Assembly: GCA_951406725.2 (NCBI GenBank)
Contig: OX597842.1
Location: forward strand, 34,498,310-34,562,309
Reading direction: 5' to 3'
Source of the DNA: Octopus vulgaris
Lineage: Eukaryota
DNA length: 64,000 nucleotides
Shown: piece by piece, positions 42,146-64,000 of the stretch
Layout of the letters: the number at the start of each line of letters is the position of its first letter
How positions within the stretch are numbered: the stretch's first letter is position 1
Program-made: the position numbers and the translations under genes
The notes under the pieces: model-generated
What the model saw: only the letters and a program-made list of their open reading frames with translations
Told to the model about the DNA's origin: nothing
Database searches by the model: none

Positions 42146-43436
42146 ATAACGGGGACATAAACAGAGGGTGATAGAATAAGAGAGAGAAAGAAAATACAGA
42201 GTGTGGGAGAGGGTGAGAGAATATGAGGAAGAATGGGAGAGGGGGAAATACAAAGAGAAAAATACAGTGTGAGGAGGAGAAAGGGTGAGAGAGAGAGGGG
42301 AAACACACAGTGAGAGACGGTAAGAGAATAAGAGGGAGAGGAGTAAATACAAAGAGAGGGTAAGAGAATAAAAGGGGAAATGGGAGAGAGAAGAGAGAGA
42401 GAGAGAGACAGACAAAGAGAGAGAGAGAGGGTAAGAGAATAAAAGGGGAAATGGGAGAGAGAAGAGAGAGAGACAGACATAGAGAGAGAGAGAGGTGGGG
42501 GGATGTATTTAGTGAAGGAGTTGGGTGAGTTGACGCATGCGCTTTGGTGAATGAAGTGTCGTCTGCTGCTTGCAAAGTGAGAAAGGTGTTGGATGGGGTT
42601 GAGAGTATTTTGGAGATGAAAGGGGAAAGAAGGGTGGAGAAGAAATGCCTGTGGCAAAGTGTGTTTCGTGAAAGGCAAGCCTATAGCATGTTGCCAGTGA
42701 AAGGAGAATGTTTAAAGGGCTGAGTGTGAAAAAGGGAGAATATAAAAAGGTCTGAGTGTGAGTGTGTGGTTTGTGGGGTCGACCATCCTCATCCGCCTCC
42801 TCCTCATCCTCATCCCATTCATTTCTCCTCTAAATCACTCATTCTCATTTAATTGTATATATTTTCATTGTTTGTTTCTTCACAGGTTTCCTCTCCTTCG
42901 TCCATCCCCTCAGCTCCCCCCTCCAATGTTTCTTTTCTCTGCCCTCCTATCGTTCCCTGCTAAAATTGCCAAGAAGGCCGACGGTGTCTTGGCATCACTC
43001 ACCAAGTCCTTCGTCAGCCGCTCTCCGGCCATCTACCTGCGGCCCCACCTGCAATTTGCATCACCCGTCTGCAACCCCTATCTTGCCCACCATATTAATC
43101 GTCTGCAAGCAAGCCCTGCAACCAAGAGAATACCCTCCATCAGGCATTTGCCATATTCTCTAACGCCTTACTTCTTCCCTGGCCATCGACACATTCAAAC
43201 TCCGACGTCTGGCAGCTGACTTGGCAGACACCCAGACAATTATTAACCCTCTTACAAACAATAACTCTGACCACCTTTTCAAACTCCACCCGTCTCGCAC
43301 CCGTCCACATGTTTACAAAGTCAGAAAACAGCAGCGCTCCTTCCATGGCTTTCCCAAACATTTTTCCAAGCTGAGACTTGCTGAAGCATGGAACAAACTG
43401 CCGGCATCAGTTTTTGGTTGTCGGATCACTGCATCC

Positions 43437-55900
<12,464 letters not shown>

Positions 55901-58900
55901 ACATCGCCATTCCCGCCCGTTTCTCTAAAGTAACCTTCATATTCCTTTAATTCGATCTCCACCATTCACTATCATTTCTTCTTCCTGACTCATAGCGATG
56001 TCCATTAGCAAGCTAAGAAGATTTCTCCCTTCTTTTTCATACATACATACAAACATTTGTCTACCGTTTAAATGTTTTGAACTTATAACCACCAATCTGC
56101 TTTGCTTTCCTTTTTTTTTCTCTATGCCACCCTAAAAACATCGCCATTCCCGCCCGTTTCTCTAAAGTAACCTTCATATTCCTTTAATTCGATCTCCACC
56201 ATTCACTATCATTTCTTCTTCCTGACTCACAGCGATGTCCATGAGCAGGCTAAGAAGATTTCTCCATTCTTTTTCATACATACATACATACATTTGTCTA
56301 CCGTTTAAATGTTTTGAACTTATAACCACCAATCTGCTTTGCTTTCCTTTTCTGTCTACATGCCACCCTAAAAACATCGCCATTCCCGCCCGTTTCTCTA
56401 AAGTTCAACCTTCGCATATTCCCTTTAATTCGATCTCCACCATTCACTATCATTTCTTCTTCCTGACTTCAGCGATGTCCATGAGCAGGCTAAGATTTCT
56501 CCCTTCTTTTTCATACATACATACATTTGTCTACCGTTTAAATGTTTTGAACTTATAACCACCAATCTGCTTTGCTTTCCTTTTCTTTCTACATGCCACC
56601 CTAAAAACATCGCCATTCCCGCCCGTTTCTCTAAAGTAACCTTCGCATATTCCCTTTAATTCGATCTCCACCATTCACTATCATTTCTTCTTCCGACTTA
56701 CAGCGATGTCCATGAGCAGGCTAAGATTTCTCCCTTCTTTTTCATACATACATACATACATTTGTCTACCGTTTAAATGTTTTGAACTTATAACCACCAA
56801 TCTGCTTTGCTTTCCTTTTCTTTCTACATGCCACCCTAAAAACATCGCCATTCCCGCCCGTTTCTCTAAAGTTCAACCTTCGCATATTCCTTTAATTCGA
56901 TCTCCACCATTCACTATCATTTCTTCTTCCTGACTTCAGCGATGTCCATGAGCAAGCTAAGAAGATTTCTCCTTCTTTTTCATACATACATACATCATTT
57001 GTCTACCGTTTAAATGTTTTGAACTTATAACCACCAATCTGCTTTGCTTTCCTTTTCTTTCTACATGCCACCCTAAAAACATCGCCATTCCCGCCCGTTT
57101 CTCTAAAGTTCAACCTTCGCATATTCCCTTTAATTCGATCTCCACCATTCACTATCATTTCTTCTTCCGACTTACAGCGATGTCCATGAGCAGGCTAAGA
57201 TTTCTCCCTTCTTTTCATACATACATACATACATTTGTCTACCGTTTAAATGTTTTGAACTTATAACCACCAATCTGCTTTGCTTTCCTTTTCTCTTCTA
57301 CATGCCACCCTAAAAACATCGCCATTCCCGCCCGTTTCTCTAAAGTTCAACCTTCGCATATTCCCTTTAATTCGATCTCCACCATTCACTATCATTTCTT
57401 CTTCCTGACTTACAGCGATGTCCATGAGCAGGCTAAGATTTCTCCCTTCTTTTTCATACATACATACATACATTTGTCTACCGTTTAAATGTTTTGAACT
57501 TATAACCACCAATCTGCTTTGCTTTCCTTTTCTTTCTCATGCCACCCTAAAAACATCGCCATTCCCGCCCGTTTCTCTAAAGTTCAACCTTCGCATATTC
57601 CCTTTAATTCGATCTCCACCATTCACTATCATTTCTTCTTCCTGACTTACAGCGATGTCCATGAGCAGGCTAAGAAGATTTCTCCCTTCTTTTTCATACA
57701 TACATACATACATTTGTCTACCGTTTAAATGTTTTGAACTTATAACCACCAATCTGCTTTGCTTTCCTTTTCTTTCTACATGCCACCCTAAAAACATCGC
57801 CATTCCCGCCCGTTTCTCTAAAGTTCAACCTTCGCATATTCCCTTTAATTCGATCTCCACCATTCACTATCATTTCTTCTTCCTGACTTACAGCGATGTC
57901 CATGAGCAGGCTAAGATTTCTCCCTTCTTTTTCATACATACATACATACATTTGTCTACCGTTTAAATGTTTTGAACTTATAACCACCAATCTGCTTTGC
58001 TTTCCTTTTCTTTCTACATGCCACCCTAAAAACATCGCCATTCCCGCCCGTTTCTCTAAAGTTCAACCTTCGCATATTCCCTTTAATTCGATCTCCACCA
58101 TTCACTATCATTTCTTCTCCTGACTTACAGCGATGTCCATGAGCAGGCTAAGAAATTTCTCCCTTCTTTTTCATACATACATACATACATTTGTCTACCG
58201 TTTAAATGTTTTGAACTTATAACCACCAATCTGCTTTGCTTTCCTTTTCTTTCTACATGCCACCCTAAAAACATCGCCATTCCCGCCCGTTTCTCTAAAG
58301 TTCAACCTTCGCATATTCCCTTTAATTCGATCTCCACCATTCACTATCATTTCTTCTTCCTGACTCACAGCGATGTCCATGAGCAGGCTAAGAAGTTTCT
58401 CCCTTCTTTTTCATACATACATACATACATTTGTCTACCGTTTAAATGTTTTGAAATTATAACCACCAATCTGCTTTGCTTTCCTTTCTCTGTCTCTATG
58501 CCACCCTAAAAACATCGCCATTCCCGCCCGTTTCTCTAAAGTTCAACCTTCGCATATTCCCTTTAATTCGATCTCCACCATTCACTATCATTTCTTCTTC
58601 CTGACTTACAGCGATGTCCATGAGCAGGCTAAGATTTCTCCCTTCTTTTTCATACATACATACATACATTTGTCTACCGTTTAAATGTTTTGAACTTATA
58701 ACCACCAATCTGCTTTGCTTTCCTTTTCTTTCTACATGCCACCCTAAAAACATCGCCATTCCCGCCCGTTTCTCTAAAGTTCAACCTTCGCATATTCCTT
58801 TAATTCGATCTCCACCATTCACTATCATTTCTTCTTCCTGACTCACAGCGATGTCCATGAGCAAGCTAAGAAGATTTCTCCCTTCTTTTTCATACATACA

Positions 58901-61900
58901 TACATACATTTGTCTACCGTTTAAATGTTTTGAACTTATAACCACCAATCTGCTTTGCTTTCCTTTTCTTTCTACATGCCACCCTAAAAACATCGCCATT
59001 CCCGCCCGTTTCTCTAAAATGTTCAACCTTTGCATATTCCCTTTAATTCGATCTCCACCATTCACTATCATTTCTTCTTCCTGACTCACAGCGATGTCCA
59101 TGAGCAGGCTAAGAAGATTTCTCCCTTCTTTTTCATACATACATACATACATTTGTCTACCGTTTAAATGTTTTGAACTTATAACCACCAATCTGCTTTG
59201 CTTTCCTTTTTCTTTCTACATGCCACCCTAAAAACATCGCCATTCCCGCCCGTTTCTCTAAAGTTCAACCTTCGCATATTCCCTTTAATTCGATCTCCAC
59301 CATTCACTATCATTTCTTCTTCCTGACTTACAGCGATGTCCATGAGCAGGCTAAGATTTCTCCCTTCTTTTTCATACATACATACATACATTTGTCTACC
59401 GTTTAAATGTTTTGAACTTATAACCACCAATCTGCTTTGCTTTCCTTTTCTTTCTACATGCCACCCTAAAAACATCGCCATTCCCGCCCGTTTCTCTAAA
59501 GTTCAACCTTCGCATATTCCTTTAATTCGATCTCCACCATTCACTATCATTTCTTCTTCCTGACTTACAGCGATGTCCATGAGCAGGCTAAGAAGATTCT
59601 CCCTTCTTTTTCATACATACATACATACATTTGTCTACCGTTTAAATGTTTTGAACTTATAACCACCAATCTGCTTTGCTTTCCTTTTCTTTCTACATGC
59701 CACCCTAAAAACATCGCCATTCCCGCCCGTTTCTCTAAAGTTCAACCTTCGCATATTCCCTTTAATTCGATCTCCACCATTCACTATCATTTCTTCTTCC
59801 TGACTTACAGCGATGTCCATGAGCAGGCTAAGATTTCTCCCTTCTTTTTCATACATACATACATACATTTGTCTACCGTTTAAATGTTTTGAACTTATAA
59901 CCACCAATCTGCTTTGCTTTCCTTTTCTTTCTACATGCCACCCTAAAAACATCGCCATTCCCGCCCGTTTCTCTAAAGTTCAACCTTCGCATATTCCCTT
60001 TAATTCGATCTCCACCATTCACTATCATTTCTTCTTCCTGACTTTACAGCGATGTCCATGAGCAGGCTAAGATTTCTCCCTTCTTTTTCATACATACATA
60101 CATACATTTGTCTACCGTTTAAATGTTTTGAACTTATAACCACCAATCTGCTTTGCTTTCCTTTTCTTTCTACATGCCACCCTAAAAACATCGCCATTCC
60201 CGCCCGTTTCTCTAAAGTTCAACCTTCGCATATTCCCTTTAATTCGATCTCCACCATTCACTATCATTTCTTCTCCTGACTTACAGCGATGTCCATGAGC
60301 AGGCTAAGATTTCTCCCTTCTTTTTCATACATACATACATACATTTGTCTACCGTTTAAATGTTTTGAACTTATAACCACCAATCTGCTTTGCTTTCCTT
60401 TTCTTTCTACATGCCACCCTAAAAACATCGCCATTCCCGCCCGTTTCTCTAAAGTTCAACCTTCGCATATTCCCTTTAATTCGATCTCCACCATTCACTA
60501 TCATTTCTTCTTCCTGACTTACAGCGATGTCCATGAGCAGGCTAAGATTTCTCCCTTCTTTTTCATACATACATACATACATTTGTCTACCGTTTAAATG
60601 TTTTGAACTTATAACCACCAATCTGCTTTGCTTTCCTTTTCTTTCTACATGCCACCCTAAAAACATCGCCATTCCCGCCCGTTTCTCTAAAGTTCAACCT
60701 TCGCATATTCCCTTTAATTCGATCTCCACCATTCACTATCATTTCTTCTCCTGACTTACAGCGATGTCCATGAGCAGGCTAAGATTTCTCCCTTCTTTTT
60801 CATACATACATACATACATTTGTCTACCGTTTAAATGTTTTGAACTTATAACCACCAATCTGCTTTGCTTTCCTTTTCTTTCTACATGCCACCCTAAAAA
60901 CATCGCCATTCCCGCCCGTTTCTCTAAAGTTCAACCTTCGCATATTCCCTTTAATTCGATCTCCACCATTCACTATCATTTCTTCTTCCTGACTTACAGC
61001 GATGTCCATGAGCAGGCTAAGATTTCTCCCTTCTTTTTCATACATACATACATACATTTGTCTACCGTTTAAATGTTTTGAACTTATAACCACCAATCTG
61101 CTTTGCTTTCCTTTTCTCTCTACATGCCACCCTAAAAACATCGCCATTCCCGCCCGTTTCTCTAAAGTTCAACCTTCGCATATTCCCTTTAATTCGATCT
61201 CCACCATTCACTATCATTTCTTCCCCTGACTTGCAGCGATGTCCATGAGCAGGCTAAGATTTCTCCCTTCTTTTTCATACATACATACATTTGTCTACCG
61301 TTTAAATGTTTTGAACTTATAACCACCAATCTGCTTTGCTTTCCTTTTCTTTCTACATGCCACCCTAAAAACATCGCCATTCCCGCCCGTTTCTCTAAAG
61401 TTCAACCTTCGCATATTCCCTTTAATTCGATCTCCACCATTCACTATCATTTCTTCTCCTGACTTACAGCGATGTCCATGAGCAGGCTAAGATTTCTCCC
61501 TTCTATTTCATACATTCATACATTTGTCTACCGTTTAAATGTTTTGAACTTATAACCACCAATCTGCTTTGCTTTCCTTTTCTCTCTACATGCCACCCTA
61601 AAAACATCGCCATTCCCGCCCGTTTCTCTAAAGTTCAACCTTCGCATATTCCCTTTAATTCGATCTCCACCATTCACTATCATTTCTTCTCCTGACTTAC
61701 AGCGATGTCCATGAGCAGGCTAAGATTTCTCCCTTCTTTTTCATACATACATACATACATTTGTCTACCGTTTAAATGTTTTGAACTTATAACCACCAAT
61801 CTGCTTTGCTTTCCTTTTCTTTCTACATGCCACCCTAAAAACATCGCCATTCCCGCCCGTTTCTCTAAAGTTCAACCTTCGCATATTCCTTTAATTCGAT

Positions 61901-64000
61901 CTCCACCATTCACTATCATTTCTTCTCCTGACTACAGCGATGTCCATGAGCAGGCTAAGATTTCTCCCTTCTTTTTCATACATACATACATACATTTGTC
62001 TACCGTTTAAATGTTTTGAACTTATAACCACCAATCTGCTTTGCTTTCCTTTTCTTTCTACATGCCACCCTAAAAACATCGCCATTCCCGCCCGTTTCTC
62101 TAAAGTTCAACCTTCGCATATTCCCTTTAATTCGATCTCCACCATTCACTATCATTTCTTCTCCTGACTTACAGCGATGTCCATGAGCAGGCTAAGATTT
62201 CTCCCTTCTTTTTCATACATACATACATACATTTGTCTACCGTTTAAATGTTTTGAACTTATAACCACCAATCTGCTTTGCTTTCCTTTTCTTTCTACAT
62301 GCCACCCTAAAAACATCGCCATTCCCGCCCGTTTCTCTAAAGTTCAACCTTCGCATATTCCCTTTAATTCGATTTCCACCATTCATTATCATTTCTTCCC
62401 CTGACTTGCAGCGATGTCCATGAGCAGGCTAAGATTTCTCCCTTCTATTTCATACATACATACATTTGTCTACCGTTTAAATGTTTTGAACTTATAACCA
62501 CCAATCTGCTTTGCTTTCCTTTTCTTTCTACATGCCACCCTAAAAACATCGCCATTCCCGCCCGTTTCTCTAAAGTTCAACCTTCGCATATTCCTTTAAT
62601 TCGATCTCCACCATTCACTATCATTTCTTCTCCTGACTTACAGCGATGTCCATGAGCAGGCTAAGATTTCTCCCTTCTTTTTCATACATACATACATACA
62701 TTTGTCTACCGTTTAAATGTTTTGAACTTATAACCACCAATCTGCTTTGCTTTCCTTTTCTTTCTACATGCCACCCTAAAAACATCGCCATTCCCGCCCG
62801 TTTCTCTAAAGTTCAACCTTCGCATATTCCCTTTAATTCGATCTCCACCATTCACTATCATTTCTTCTCCTGACTTACAGCGATGTCCATGAGCAGGCTA
62901 AGATTTCTCCCTTCTTTTTCATACATACATACATACATTTGTCTACCGTTTAAATGTTTTGAACTTATAACCACCAATCTGCTTTGCTTTCCTTTTCTTT
63001 CTACATGCCACCCTAAAAACATCGCCATTCCCGCCCGTTTCTCTAAAGTTCAACCTTCGCATATTCCTTTAATTCGATCTCCACCATTCACTATCATTTC
63101 TTCTTCCTGACTTTACAGCGATGTCCATGAGCAGGCTAAGATTTCTCCCTTCTTTTTCATACATACATACATACATTTGTCTACCGTTTAAATGTTTTGA
63201 ACTTATAACCACCAATCTGCTTTGCTTTCCTTTTCTTTCTACATGCCACCCTAAAAACATCGCCATTCCCGCCCGTTTCTCTAAAGTTCAACCTTCAATC
63301 CTTTAATTCGATCTTCACCATTCACTATCATTTCTTCTTCCGACTCACAGCGATGTCTATTAGCAAGCTAAGAAGATTTCTCCCTTCTTTTTCATACATA
63401 CATACATACATTTGTCTACCGTTTAAATGTTTTGAACTTATAACCACCAATCTGCTTTGCTTTCCTTTTCTTTCTACATGCCACCCTAAAAACATCGCCA
63501 TTCCCGCCCGTTTCTCTAAACCTTCAATTCCTTTAACCTTCGCATATTCCCCCTTAAAAGTTTTAATCCATCGATCTTCACCATTCACTATCATTTCTTC
63601 TCCGACTCACAGCGATGTCTATTAGCAAGCTAAGAAGATTTCTCCCTTCTTTTTCATACATACATACATACATTTGTCTACCGTTTAAATGTTTTGAACT
63701 AATAACCACCATCTGCTTTGCTTTCCTTTTCTTTCTACATGCCACCCTAAAAACATCGCCATTCCCGCCCGTTTCTCTAAAGTTCAACCTTCGCATATTC
63801 CTTTAATTCGATCTCCACCATTCACTATCATTTCTTCTCCTGACTTACAGCGATGTCTATTAGCAAGCTAAGAAGATTTCTCCCTTCTTTTTCATACATA
63901 CATACATACATTTGTCTACCGTTTAAATGTTTTGAACTTATAACTACCAATCTGCTTTGCTTTCCTTTTTCTTTCTCTATGCCACACTAATAACATCGCC

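Overview
Repeat-dense, AT-rich animal genomic DNA. The tRNA-derived SINE, RTE and microsatellite repertoire resembles Octopus (inference from recalled repeat families, not from a search). Positions 1-14.6 kb hold five phase-compatible minus-strand exons of an unidentified acidic protein plus a frameshifted sixth. Its introns contain SINEs, RTE fragments, a 121-bp minisatellite, a 1.8-kb (AAT)n array with an R4/Dong-type endonuclease fragment and a foldback MITE. Positions 14.6-28.9 kb and 43.4-64 kb are two copies of a ~14-kb segmental duplication, each carrying a near-full-length RTE LINE (APE endonuclease, RT, embedded PHD-like finger) followed by a ~235-bp satellite. Between them lie a tandem of truncated CR1-type LINEs, a templated insertion and a non-autonomous Helitron. 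The best candidate for an undescribed system is at 1-1060: a Penelope/retrozyme-like partial-inverted plus tandem 472-474-bp repeat in which each unit carries a type I hammerhead ribozyme with a palindromic stem III, a long stem II and adjacent splice signals. A second hammerhead with the same architecture lies at ~31.3 kb. All calls were made by eye; no database or folding runs were done.
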